Assembly: GCA_964527555.1 (NCBI GenBank)
Contig: CAZGOG010000001.1
Span: 52,602 to 116,601 of the forward strand
Origin: an uncultured Planctomycetia bacterium
Lineage (GTDB): Bacteria > Omnitrophota > Gorgyraeia > Tantalellales > Tantalellaceae
Length of the DNA stretch: 64,000 bases
Reading direction: 5' to 3'
Shown: piece by piece, positions 20,347 to 29,947 of the stretch
How the letters are laid out: every line of letters starts with the position of its first letter
Position numbering within the stretch: position 1 is the first letter of the stretch
Made by a program: the position numbers and the translations under genes
Notes under the pieces: generated by a model
Seen by the model: the letters and a program-made list of their open reading frames with translations, nothing else
Databases searched by the model: none
What the model was told of the DNA's origin: nothing

Positions 20347-21435
20347 TTAGGTGCCTACGCCTCTTGCGATGAATACCAAAAGGACCATCCCTACATTGTG
20401 AACAATATGCACCGACATGGAAGAGACGAGTGACCCCGTTTTCTCATAAACGTAGGCCAAGAGTAGCCCAAGCACCATTATCGGCACAAACCCCACTATA
20501 TGCGCGTGCAGAAAAGCAAATATCGCGGAAGTGACCATCATGGCGGCGAATATGCCCATTTTCTCCCTTATGGCTTTATACATGAAACCCCGGAAAAATA
20601 TCTCTTCCGCAATCGGCCCGAAAATAGCGGCAAACATCGTCGAAAGCCAAAGGATGGAGGTCGCTTTCTCCTTCAGAAAAACCTCCACGATAGGCTGAAC
20701 GGGAGGCTGGTACCTGATAAACTTGGTTATGTAAAAAGTAGCTATCATTATGGCTAGGAGTATGGGCACGATCGTCACATACCCCGTAATCCCCAGAAAA
20801 ACGCTTTTACTGAAGCCCTTTAAAGTAAGTCCCAGAGCCTTGGCACTCTGCCCGTGTTTTTTTATGACAAAGTACAGTATGACACTTATACCCACGACGT
20901 TTATGACCGCGGTATTAAAGACCATACGGAAATTCTCGTTGTAAAGAAGGGGGAAGCTCTTCATCGCAAACGACTGCAGGATGACAAAAAGATACCCCCC
21001 GGAAAGAAATATAAGCGTCACCCGCACGATATCGGCGATCGTCCACCGGGGAGTTTCTTTTTCGACTATTTCGATATCAAGCTTCTCTTTTTTCGCCCAC
21101 CTCTTGAGGAAATACGCATCGAGGATCATACCTACAAGGATTATAAAAAGGATGAGAAGGTTAAGCATCCCCAGGAAGAAATAGAGTATCGGCTTCTCCT
21201 TTGCCAGCGCAAGCAGCTTCTCCTGACGTGCCTTTATCTCCTCCTCGCTCAAAAGCGGTTCTTTCCCGGGAGGAGCTTCTTTTTTTACCTCTACAGCTTC
21301 CGGGGTTGTGGTAACTTCTCTCTGGGCTTTTTCGATCCGTTCCCCGATAGTAGCGATAATATTTATCCCGATAATAAAAATCAGAAGGAAAACATAGAGT
21401 CTGTTGTCACGCACTATACTAGAGAGTTTCCGCAT
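20347..21435 (-). CDS. CPBP (Abi/CAAX) intramembrane glutamic endopeptidase
   Basis: Multiple TM segments; EEIFFRG, FAFLH, HIVHN; start 21435 preferred over 21462. Confidence 0.9.
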   Translation of the reverse strand: MRKLSSIVRDNRLYVFLLIFIIGINIIATIGERIEKAQREVTTTPEAVEVKKEAPPGKEPLLSEEEIKARQEKLLALAKEKPILYFFLGMLNLLILFIILVGMILDAYFLKRWAKKEKLDIEIVEKETPRWTIADIVRVTLIFLSGGYLFVILQSFAMKSFPLLYNENFRMVFNTAVINVVGISVILYFVIKKHGQSAKALGLTLKGFSKSVFLGITGYVTIVPILLAIMIATFYITKFIRYQPPVQPIVEVFLKEKATSILWLSTMFAAIFGPIAEEIFFRGFMYKAIREKMGIFAAMMVTSAIFAFLHAHIVGFVPIMVLGLLLAYVYEKTGSLVSSMSVHIVHNVGMVLLVFIARGVGT

Positions 21436-21442
21436 AGATAAA

Positions 21443-22819
21443 CTACCCCACTGCTCCTTCATGCCTTAACCGGAAAAGGGCACCTCGCGCTTCAACCATC
21501 TTCCGGCATTCCTCGACTGCTTCCTCGCCTATAATATCAAGGCACGTCACTTCAACCTCTATTTTGTCCTCCCTGCATTCTGCAATGAAATCAAGAATAG
21601 CTTTATAGGCGCGTCTTCCGAAGACCGACCGGCACAGGCGGTCATAACCTTCTTCGTTTGGCGCGTTCAGGCTTACGGAAACCCTGTCAACAAGTCCTTT
21701 GAGTTCGCTGCTAATGCGTCTTTCGCTTATGAGGTTACCCTCGCCGTTGGTTGTAAGCCTTACCTTTGTGCCTTTTTCTTTTACGTAAGAGGCGACTTTC
21801 TTGATCGCTTCAAGACGCAGTGTCGGCTCACCGTACCCGCAGAAGACTACCTCGTTATAACCCGACACATCACCCATCGCTTCTATTATCTCACTGGAGG
21901 CGGGCTCCGCGTTAAGTTTAAGGTTATGTCCCTTCGCATAATTGGAATACTGACGCGTACAGAACGCGCATCTATTGGTGCACCTGTTGGTGATATTTAG
22001 ATACAGGGAGTTTCTGATGGGGTAAGCTATAGCGGGCTTCTCTTCTATACCAAGATGGAAAAGCTGGTTCGCATTATGCGTGGTGATCCTTGCGATGTCA
22101 CTGGTACTCAATCTATAAATACCGCTATAAGTCTCAAGAAGATATTTGACATATCCGGGTTCGTTCCGTTTGCCCCTGGAAGGCTCCGGGGTAATATAAG
22201 GCGAATCCGTCTCTAAAAGTAGCCTCTCGGGGGGGACTCTTTTTACTATCTTGCGTAGTTCCTCAGCTTTTTCGAACGTTATATTCCCCGCAAAAGAGAT
22301 ATACATCCCCCGCGAAAGCATCTCTTCCAGAAAAGCCGGCGGCTTTGACGAATAACAGTGCATGACTCCTTTCGCCTGAGGCATGACTTCTGAAAGTATC
22401 TCCAGAAAATCTCCGTCGGCGTCACGGTTATGAAGTATTGCCGGTAGTTCAAGCTCGTTTGCAATAGAGAGGAGCCTGCGAAAAAGCTTCCTCTGGTTTT
22501 CTTTCTTTGAATATCCTTTAAAATAATCAAGTCCTATCTCGCCGATAGCAACGATTTTATCCGAGTTGACGGCTAAGTCCCTTATGCGTGCAATATCATT
22601 ATCCCCTACTTTATCGGCTTCGTGCGGATGAATGCCTGCCGCGGAAAACACACCGGGGTACGCCGCGGCAAGTTTTACCGCCTTCTCGCTGCTGGCGGCG
22701 CTGGTGCCCGGGACGATCACGCGGATGACGCCGCTTTCCGCGGCCCTTCCTAAAACTTCGTCCAGATCATTTTTATAATCCGGAAAATCCAAATGCGAAT
22801 GCGTGTCTACCAGTCTCAT
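21443..22819 (-). CDS. tatD: TatD nuclease fused to a C-terminal radical SAM domain
   Basis: DTHSH, GIHPH, GEIGLD, ETDSP, then YLNITNRCTNRCAFC (CxxxCxxC) and FCGYGEP. Confidence 0.92.
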   Translation of the reverse strand: MRLVDTHSHLDFPDYKNDLDEVLGRAAESGVIRVIVPGTSAASSEKAVKLAAAYPGVFSAAGIHPHEADKVGDNDIARIRDLAVNSDKIVAIGEIGLDYFKGYSKKENQRKLFRRLLSIANELELPAILHNRDADGDFLEILSEVMPQAKGVMHCYSSKPPAFLEEMLSRGMYISFAGNITFEKAEELRKIVKRVPPERLLLETDSPYITPEPSRGKRNEPGYVKYLLETYSGIYRLSTSDIARITTHNANQLFHLGIEEKPAIAYPIRNSLYLNITNRCTNRCAFCTRQYSNYAKGHNLKLNAEPASSEIIEAMGDVSGYNEVVFCGYGEPTLRLEAIKKVASYVKEKGTKVRLTTNGEGNLISERRISSELKGLVDRVSVSLNAPNEEGYDRLCRSVFGRRAYKAILDFIAECREDKIEVEVTCLDIIGEEAVEECRKMVEARGALFRLRHEGAVG

Positions 22820-23127
22820 TTTAACCCTTCGATTCCTTCCGCTTTAAGAAGTTTTCGTTTTTTTCTTACGCCTTTTGAATATCCCCCTATAGCCCCGTCG
22901 GAAGCGATGACCCTGTGGCAAGGCACGTCCGGCGCGTACGGATTGGCCGAAAGAGCCCTTCCCGCGGCCCTGGCAGATGCGGGTGAACCCGCTTTTCCGG
23001 CTACCTGGGCATAGGTGAGGACCTTGCCTTTGGGGATATCTAAAGTAACTAAAAGAACTTTTTTCTGAAAATTCGTAAGGTGCGGATTATTTTTGATCCT
23101 TCTGCGGTATATGTCTTTCCTGCCCAT
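22816..23127 (-). CDS. Methylated-DNA-protein-cysteine methyltransferase (MGMT, C-terminal domain only)
   Basis: IPKGKVLTY, RAAG, PCHRV active site, GGY. Confidence 0.9.
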   Translation of the reverse strand: MGRKDIYRRRIKNNPHLTNFQKKVLLVTLDIPKGKVLTYAQVAGKAGSPASARAAGRALSANPYAPDVPCHRVIASDGAIGGYSKGVRKKRKLLKAEGIEGLK

Positions 23128-23133
23128 ATATAT

Positions 23134-24720
23134 TTATTGTATCCTCGGGAAAAGAGGCCCCCGCTTGGCTACTTTGACACCGCTCGGAAAAGCCTTCCAA
23201 CCGGGCGTTCCCGGACCTTTACTTCCGGCGGCGCTTATCTCCTTCACGCGTGCTTCTTTCTCGACGGCACCCCCTAAAGCAAGCTGATCCCACATCGCCT
23301 GCGCCGTATGCGGCATAAACGGATATAAGGCGATGGCGCTCGTCCTTAACACTTCCAGGAGGTCCAGAATGATGAGTTTTATCGAAGCGGTATCGCCCGC
23401 TTTCGAATACACCCAGGGCGCCGACTCCTCAATGTACTTGTTGGCTTTTCCCGCAACCTTCATGATATCATCAAGAGATTCTTTAAGAAGAAGCTCGGGA
23501 GTAGTCATCTTTTTATGGACTGCCGGAAAAAGTTTCGAGACGGCTTCCTGAAGAGAAGCGCTGCGCTCCTTTTGCGCCTCATCCGCCCCTTCTTTCGGTT
23601 CCTCGGGCGATATGCCGCCGAAATATTTCTCGACCATGGTAAGCGTCCTGTTTAAAAGGTTGCCTAAGTCGTTAGCCAGGTCACTGTTATACATCGTCAC
23701 CAAAGCATCTTCGCTGAAAGTGCCGTCCAACCCCAGGCTTACCGCTTTTATCAGGAAGTATCTCACCGGGTCGATCCCATATTTAGCGACAAGCTTAACC
23801 GGGTCGATCACGTTGCCTTTTGATTTTGACATCTTCTCATCCCCCATCTTCCACCAGCCGTGAGCGAAGATGGTCTTGGGAAGAGCGAGTTTCATGCTTT
23901 TAAGCATTATCGGCCAGTATACCGCGTGATGGCGGATGATGTCTTTGGCGATCATATGAAAATCAGCGGGCCAGAACTCATCAAAGGCGCCTTTCTCCCG
24001 GATGCCCGAAGCGTAATTAATAAGCGCGTCGAACCATACGTAGACGACGTAATCCTTGTCAAACGGTATCTCGACTCCCCACGGAGACCTTGTTTTAGGA
24101 CGTGATATGCACAGGTCCGTAAGATCCTCCCGCAAAAAGCCGAGGACTTCGTTTTTCCTGAACTCGGGACGCACAAAATCGGGGTTTTTGTTGATGTAAT
24201 CGATCAGCCACCCCTGGTACTTGCTCATCCGGAAGAAATAATTCTTCTCCTTTATCCTTTCCACGGGCCTCTTGCAGTCGGGGCATATGCCGCCGGCTGC
24301 CTGGGTGTCCGTCCAGAAAGTCTCGCAGGGCGTACAGAACCAGCCGTCATACTCGCCCTGATAGATGTCGCCGGCGTCCTTCATCTTGGTCAAAAACTCC
24401 TGGACTACTTTCTTGTGGGAAGAGCCTGTGGTGCGCACGAACCCGTCATAGCTTATATCAAGAGTTTCCCAGACCTTTTTGAAATTGTTCACGATACTGT
24501 CGACGAATTCCTTCTCCTGGCCCTGCTTATAACCCGCTTTAAGGCACGCCTCTTCTATTTTCTCGCCGTGCTCGTCCGTGCCGGTGAGAAAGAACACCTC
24601 CTCCCCCAGCATCCTGTGATACCTGGCGAGACTGTCGACCACGACCTGCGTATAGGCATGCCCGATGTGGGGATTGGCGTTAACGTAATATATAGGTGTC
24701 GTTATATAGAACTTTCCCAT
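23134..24720 (-). CDS. metG: Methionine-tRNA ligase (no C-terminal EMAP domain)
   Basis: TTPIYY, HIGH, GTDEHG, zinc knuckle, YVWFDAL, KMSKS. Confidence 0.97.
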   Translation of the reverse strand: MGKFYITTPIYYVNANPHIGHAYTQVVVDSLARYHRMLGEEVFFLTGTDEHGEKIEEACLKAGYKQGQEKEFVDSIVNNFKKVWETLDISYDGFVRTTGSSHKKVVQEFLTKMKDAGDIYQGEYDGWFCTPCETFWTDTQAAGGICPDCKRPVERIKEKNYFFRMSKYQGWLIDYINKNPDFVRPEFRKNEVLGFLREDLTDLCISRPKTRSPWGVEIPFDKDYVVYVWFDALINYASGIREKGAFDEFWPADFHMIAKDIIRHHAVYWPIMLKSMKLALPKTIFAHGWWKMGDEKMSKSKGNVIDPVKLVAKYGIDPVRYFLIKAVSLGLDGTFSEDALVTMYNSDLANDLGNLLNRTLTMVEKYFGGISPEEPKEGADEAQKERSASLQEAVSKLFPAVHKKMTTPELLLKESLDDIMKVAGKANKYIEESAPWVYSKAGDTASIKLIILDLLEVLRTSAIALYPFMPHTAQAMWDQLALGGAVEKEARVKEISAAGSKGPGTPGWKAFPSGVKVAKRGPLFPRIQ

Positions 24721-25529
24721 TTTTCTTTCTTCACTTCCTCTTTTTCCTCGATCACTATGTCCTTCACCTTGCCTTCGCCAAGGTTCACGGTAACGGTCCT
24801 TTTCAGAGGATTGACCGCGATGACCTTGCCTTTGCCGTGTTCGGTCTTTATCTCTTTACCTACTTTGGGCAAGCCCCGGCAGGCTTCCTGATAACATCTG
24901 TTCTCATAGCCGAGACAGCACATGAGCCGTCCGCAAAGACCCGATATCTTCGACGGGTTTAAAGGCAGGTTCTGCATCTTAGCCATTTTTATCGTAACGG
25001 GATCGAAATCTTTCAGAAAAGACATGCAGCAGAGCGTTCTGCCGCAGGGGCCGCAGCCGCCGAGCATCCTGGCTTCGTCCCTTACCCCTATTTGCCTCAG
25101 CTCTATCCGTACGCGGAATATGCTCGCCAGGTTCTTAACCAGCATACGGAAATCCACCCGGTTCTCGGAAGTAAAATAAAAGACTATTTTCGACCGGTCA
25201 AACGAATACTCGGCATCCACGAGTTTCATGGGCAGCCTGTATTCATCGATCTTTTTCTGGCATACGTTCATGAGGTCTTTCGTCTTGGCCTTGTTCTTGG
25301 CGATCTGTTTCTCGTCCCACGGGTTTGCTTTTCTGATGATCTTGCGCAGGGGTTTCTCAAGATTGCTTATGTTAGCTATCGTCTCTACCTGTGAGACCAC
25401 TTCGCCGTACTCAAGCCCCCTGTCGGCTTCGACTATGACTTTGCTGCCTACCTCAAACTTCATACCGCCGGTAATAAAATACTTTATCTCGCCGGCCGTC
25501 CTTAACTGTACCTGTACTACTTCATTCAT
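24702..25529 (-). CDS. yaaT: PSP1-domain protein (YaaT/RicT family)
   Basis: RVDFR, RQIGVRDEA, GPCGRTLCC, SGLCGRLMCCL; holB-yaaT-metG synteny. Confidence 0.92.
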   Translation of the reverse strand: MNEVVQVQLRTAGEIKYFITGGMKFEVGSKVIVEADRGLEYGEVVSQVETIANISNLEKPLRKIIRKANPWDEKQIAKNKAKTKDLMNVCQKKIDEYRLPMKLVDAEYSFDRSKIVFYFTSENRVDFRMLVKNLASIFRVRIELRQIGVRDEARMLGGCGPCGRTLCCMSFLKDFDPVTIKMAKMQNLPLNPSKISGLCGRLMCCLGYENRCYQEACRGLPKVGKEIKTEHGKGKVIAVNPLKRTVTVNLGEGKVKDIVIEEKEEVKKEKWESSI

Positions 25530-25552
25530 CTATCTCACCCGTCCTTTATGTC

Positions 25553-25650
25553 AATCTCCACGGATTAACATCCGTGGTGCCCCTTCGTTCTAAGTGCAAA
25601 ATATCTTTCCTCAGAGATTCATGGTGAGCGAACGAAGTGAGTCGAACCAT
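25553..25650. repeat. Dispersed element, subtype B, internally deleted copy (98 bp)
   Basis: Matches both ends of 47469-47629 but lacks the segment between the two CCACGG hairpins. Confidence 0.93.
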
Positions 25651-25673
25651 AAAAAAGAGAATCGCTTCTCTTT
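25651..25673 (-). terminator. Possible intrinsic terminator after holB
   Basis: AAAGAGAA-TCGC-TTCTCTTT stem-loop with an adjacent A-run (U-tail on the minus strand); weak AT-rich stem. Confidence 0.35.
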
Positions 25674-26649
25674 AAGTGCTTTTAATCGCCCCTGCAAGAG
25701 CCTGAGCGACTAGCTTCGGATTTACGTTACCCAAAAGAGCGCGCCTCGTATCTATCAGGCGCTCAACTATCCCGAATATTCTTTCACTTGAATAATTCTT
25801 AAAAAAGCGGTACATCTCACTCTCCATCAGAGAGTTGTCCAGCACCATGCGCTTAAGGCCCTCCCTGGCAAGAGCTATGTCGCGGAAAAACATGATAAGC
25901 ATATCCACGTCTTCCAGAAGAGCGTCTTTATTCTCGCTGGACCAGTTCATGCACGAGGCGTTTTCCTCGCGCGCGATCTCACCGGCTAAAGAGACGATGC
26001 TTTCCTTTCTTTTGTCAAGGCCCTCCTCCAGCATCTGGAGGGCTTTACCCGGTGAGCCCTGGGAAAAACACGCCAGGAACCAGGCAGACTCCTCGCTAAT
26101 ATCCGCCTTCTCCAGGATGATGTCCTTGGTCTCACCCGGAGATAACGGCTGGAACCTTACCTCAGCGCACCTGGATATGACGGTCTCGGCGAGAAGTTCC
26201 TTCTTGTGCGTGATGAGTATTAGAAGCGACTCTCCCGGCGGCTCCTCCAGCACTTTTAAAAGAGCGTTAGCAGCTTCCTGCGTCATCATGTGCGAATCTT
26301 CTATCACAGAGACGTTCACCGGAGCCTCATACGCTTTTAAGTTCAATACATCTTTCGCTTTTCTTATCTCGTCTATCTTAATGGCTTTATTTTTATCCGG
26401 TTTTATCCACAAAAGGTCCGGATGCTCCAGCGTCTCGACCCTCCTGCAGGATGGGCAGATTAAACAGGCGTCCCGGCCGCTTCCTTCACGGCACATGAGC
26501 CTTGCAATAAACGCTTTTGCCGCAAGCGCACGCCCTACGCCTTCGCAGCCGGTGAAAAGGTAGCTGTTGGCGATCCTTGAGGAAGCGAGGCTGCCCTCAA
26601 GGAACCTTACAGCGTTACTCTGCCCTTTTATGTCTTTCAATGAGACCAT
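25672..26649 (-). CDS. holB: DNA polymerase III delta' subunit
   Basis: Zinc CxxC motif, HPD, AANALLKVLEEPP, TVISRC. Confidence 0.94.
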   Translation of the reverse strand: MVSLKDIKGQSNAVRFLEGSLASSRIANSYLFTGCEGVGRALAAKAFIARLMCREGSGRDACLICPSCRRVETLEHPDLLWIKPDKNKAIKIDEIRKAKDVLNLKAYEAPVNVSVIEDSHMMTQEAANALLKVLEEPPGESLLILITHKKELLAETVISRCAEVRFQPLSPGETKDIILEKADISEESAWFLACFSQGSPGKALQMLEEGLDKRKESIVSLAGEIAREENASCMNWSSENKDALLEDVDMLIMFFRDIALAREGLKRMVLDNSLMESEMYRFFKNYSSERIFGIVERLIDTRRALLGNVNPKLVAQALAGAIKST

Positions 26650-27268
26650 CTATCATCTCTCTTATAAGTTTATAAGTCTGGCTCTTATCGTCTCTGACCT
26701 TTATGACCTTGATCTTTTCGGGATGCGCCTCAGCCATATGCAGATAGCCTTCGCGTACTTTCCGGTGGAATCCCAAGCTTCTCTTCTCCATCCTGTCAGC
26801 CGGATGTTCCGCCTGTGCCCGGGTGAGACCGGTCTCCACGTCCACGTCAAGAAGTATAGTAAGGTCCGGCGAAATGCCTCCCGTTGCAGCGTTATCGATC
26901 CTTTTTATAAGATCCATATCCATGCCCAGCCCGTATCCCTGGTAGGCAAACGTTGCGGTATTGAACCGGTCGCATATGACGATTTTCTTTTTCTCAAGTG
27001 CCGGACGGATGACTTCTCTTACGTGCTGCGCTCTATCGGCTTCGAAAAGAAAGAGCTCGGTCTCCGCATCAAGCGGCACTTCGTCCTTCTTAAGCAGGAT
27101 CTCCCTCACCTTTTCACCAAGTGCCGTGCTGCCGGGCTCCAGTGTATGCACGCAGTCATATCCCTCTTGAGAAAGCTTCCGGCATAAACGCCGGGAATGC
27201 GTGCTCTTGCCGCTTCCCTCGGGCCCTTCAAACGTTATAAACAGTCCCTTCTCTAGCTCTTTCGCCAT
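26615..27268 (-). CDS. tmk: Thymidylate kinase
   Basis: FEGPEGSGKST, DRAQH, ICDRF, AYQG. Confidence 0.96.
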   Translation of the reverse strand: MAKELEKGLFITFEGPEGSGKSTHSRRLCRKLSQEGYDCVHTLEPGSTALGEKVREILLKKDEVPLDAETELFLFEADRAQHVREVIRPALEKKKIVICDRFNTATFAYQGYGLGMDMDLIKRIDNAATGGISPDLTILLDVDVETGLTRAQAEHPADRMEKRSLGFHRKVREGYLHMAEAHPEKIKVIKVRDDKSQTYKLIREMIDGLIERHKRAE

Positions 27269-28707
27269 ACGGGTCCCTCCGGTGTGTCCTCGACAGTTAT
27301 CCCCTTGGACATAAGGTCTTTGCGTATCCTATCGGCTTCTTTATAATCTTTGGCCTGCCTGGCTTTTTCCCTCCGGGCAACCAGCTTTTCGATCTGGCGG
27401 CTTTCCTCCCTGCCGATTTTAGTCCCGCTAAGCGCCAGACCCAGCACACTCGCATACGAAACAATATAATCTCTTAAAGCTTTTAGTTCGCCCGCCTTTA
27501 CGGAATCCCTCATGCTTGCATCAGCAAGGCGTTCGTTGCCGATACTTACAGCTTCGAATATGCTGGCCAGCGCCAAAGGAGTGTTAAAATCATCGTTCAT
27601 CGCCTCCTCAAACTTCTCCGTAAGAGGGATTGTGACTTTCCCGGCCTTCCCGCCAGCGCCTCCGGAAGACTCTTTTATGAATTTTTCGGCTTTGTCAAAA
27701 AATATCATGATCCGCTCCTTGGCGCGTTTTGCCTCCTCCATCCTCCCGTCGCTGTAATCCATGGGGCTTCTGTAATGCGACGTGAGAAACGCCAGTTTGA
27801 GCTGGTCCGGATCGCTGTGCTTCTCCAGAAAGTCGCTCACGGTAATGTAATTACCCAGCGACTTTGACATCTTCTCGCCGCCCACGGTCAAAAGACCGTT
27901 ATGTACCCAGTAATTGGCGAATGGTTTTCCGGTAGCCCCTTCCGCCTGGGCTATCTCGTTCTCATGATGCGGGAAGATTAGATCAAGCCCGCCGCCGTGT
28001 ATATCAAACTGCGCGCCCAGAAGGCGCGTGCTCATAACAGAGCACTCTATATGCCATCCGGGACGACCCTCTCCCCATGGACTGGACCATGAAGGTTCGT
28101 TCTCTTTAGCTTCTTTCCACAGCGCAAAATCCAGGGGGGACTTTTTCTTTTCGTCCGGTTCGACGCGCGCTCCGGCAAGCATCTCTTCTTTATCGCGGTT
28201 GGAAAGCTTGCCGTAGTCCTTGAACTCATCCACGCTGAAGTACACGTCCCCGCCGACGGCATAGCCGTAGCCCTTCTTGATAAGTTTTTCGATGAACTTT
28301 ATCATATCGGGTATATTCTCGGTCGCTTTGGGCTCGGAGGTAGGCTCTTTTATTCCAAGCGCTTCCATCTGGCGGTGGTAGATGTCAAGATAACGCACCG
28401 CGACTTCCTTGGCTTTTTCTTTGAGACGCTTCGAGGAGGAGGCGCCAGTGCCTTCCGTCTCAAGTTCGCTCAGGGCCTTATTTATTATCTTGTCGTCGAC
28501 ATCCGTAACGTTCCTCACAAAACAGACTTTAAAGCCCGTATACTCAAAGTATCTTCTAATAACATCGAAACTATGGGCGCTGCGGGCATGGCCTATATGA
28601 GGCACGTCGTAAACGGTGGGGCCGCAGACGTACATGCTTACCTTGCCGCGCGTTATGGGACGGAACTCCTCTTTTTTTCTAGTAAGGGTGTTATATATCG
28701 TCAACAT
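27253..28707 (-). CDS. cysS: Cysteine-tRNA ligase
   Basis: CGPTVY, HIGH, GRPGWHIECS, FPHHENE, KMSKS. Confidence 0.97.
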   Translation of the reverse strand: MLTIYNTLTRKKEEFRPITRGKVSMYVCGPTVYDVPHIGHARSAHSFDVIRRYFEYTGFKVCFVRNVTDVDDKIINKALSELETEGTGASSSKRLKEKAKEVAVRYLDIYHRQMEALGIKEPTSEPKATENIPDMIKFIEKLIKKGYGYAVGGDVYFSVDEFKDYGKLSNRDKEEMLAGARVEPDEKKKSPLDFALWKEAKENEPSWSSPWGEGRPGWHIECSVMSTRLLGAQFDIHGGGLDLIFPHHENEIAQAEGATGKPFANYWVHNGLLTVGGEKMSKSLGNYITVSDFLEKHSDPDQLKLAFLTSHYRSPMDYSDGRMEEAKRAKERIMIFFDKAEKFIKESSGGAGGKAGKVTIPLTEKFEEAMNDDFNTPLALASIFEAVSIGNERLADASMRDSVKAGELKALRDYIVSYASVLGLALSGTKIGREESRQIEKLVARREKARQAKDYKEADRIRKDLMSKGITVEDTPEGPVWRKS

Positions 28708-28713
28708 GCTTAT

Positions 28714-29442
28714 CTATGATTCTTTATCTTTCCCCTGGTCTTCGTGATAGTCATTTATCTCATGCTCTATGTGGTCTATCTCATGCTGAAGCCTTTCCAG
28801 CGCCTGCTGGAGGGGGTCTGGAAGCGAGGTGTGATCGAGATTTATCCCGGCGGGGATGCGTTCTCCGCGTCTCTTCGCCACCCGGCCGGGCACTCCCACC
28901 ACGGTCGAGTCATCCGGCACATCCCGGATGACGACGGCATTAGCGCCCACAAGGACGTTATCTCCTACGGTAATATTGCCGAGTATCTTTGCTCCTGCGC
29001 CTACAACAACATTATTTTTAAGCGTGGGGTGCCTTTTTCCTTTTTCTTTTCCCGTACCGCCGAGCGTCACCCCCTGAAAAAGCGTCACATTATCCCCTAC
29101 TACCGCAGTCTCGCCGATAATGACTCCCATACCGTGATCTATAAAAAGACCTTTGCCGATAGTCGCCCCGGGGTGTATCTCTATCCCGGTAAAGGCTCTT
29201 CCCATCTGCGATACTATACGCGGGACGAGCGGGATGGCCATCTCCTTAAGTTTATGCGCGATCTTATAAAACACCAAAGCATGCAGGCCCGAATAGGTGA
29301 AGATGACTTCCGCGTAGTTTGAGGCCGCCGGATCCCTTTCCATGGCCGCCTTTATCTCGTCTATGAAAAACATCTTCATAAGAATATAGAAAAGTACCGC
29401 TAAAATCGCCAATACTATAATCACATAAAGAAAAGTAATCAC
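28714..29442 (-). CDS. cysE: Serine O-acetyltransferase with an N-terminal hydrophobic extension
   Basis: RDPAA, TGIEIHPGA, FIDHGMGV, KRHPT hexapeptide repeats; GTG start with an AAGGAG RBS. Confidence 0.93.
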   Translation of the reverse strand: MITFLYVIIVLAILAVLFYILMKMFFIDEIKAAMERDPAASNYAEVIFTYSGLHALVFYKIAHKLKEMAIPLVPRIVSQMGRAFTGIEIHPGATIGKGLFIDHGMGVIIGETAVVGDNVTLFQGVTLGGTGKEKGKRHPTLKNNVVVGAGAKILGNITVGDNVLVGANAVVIRDVPDDSTVVGVPGRVAKRRGERIPAGINLDHTSLPDPLQQALERLQHEIDHIEHEINDYHEDQGKDKES

Positions 29443-29479
29443 GACTGTCTCTCCTTGTTTTTATTAAGCTTATACCTTC

Positions 29480-29947
29480 TTATTCCAAAAGCACCGCGGC
29501 ATAGGATGCCACGGCATTACCTTCACCCACCGCACCCAGGCCTTCAGCTGTTTTTGCCTTGATATTCACGCACCTGGTAGAGACCTCCAATAGATCGCTG
29601 ATCACTTTGCGCATCTCTTCCCGATAGGGCGTTATCTTCGGCCTTTCCAGTATGATCACGCAGTCAAGATTGTTGACCCTGGCGCCTTTATCCTTCACTA
29701 AGGAAGCGACACTCTTAAGAAGCGTTCTGCTGGAAACGCCTTTGTATTTTGGGTCCGTATCGGGAAACTTCATTCCTATATCGCCCTCGCCTATCGCGCC
29801 TAAAAGCGCATCGCAAACGGCATGCAGGAGACAATCCCCGTCCGAGTGGCCTTCAGGCCCCTTGGGGTGAGGCATCTCCACCCCTCCCAGTACCATAGGG
29901 CGGCCCTCCGCCAGTCTGTGTATATCGTACCCCACTCCTATCTTCAT
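29480..29947 (-). CDS. ispF: MECDP synthase
   Basis: GYDIH, HSDGD, GDIG..FPD, NIKAKT. Confidence 0.96.
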   Translation of the reverse strand: MKIGVGYDIHRLAEGRPMVLGGVEMPHPKGPEGHSDGDCLLHAVCDALLGAIGEGDIGMKFPDTDPKYKGVSSRTLLKSVASLVKDKGARVNNLDCVIILERPKITPYREEMRKVISDLLEVSTRCVNIKAKTAEGLGAVGEGNAVASYAAVLLE

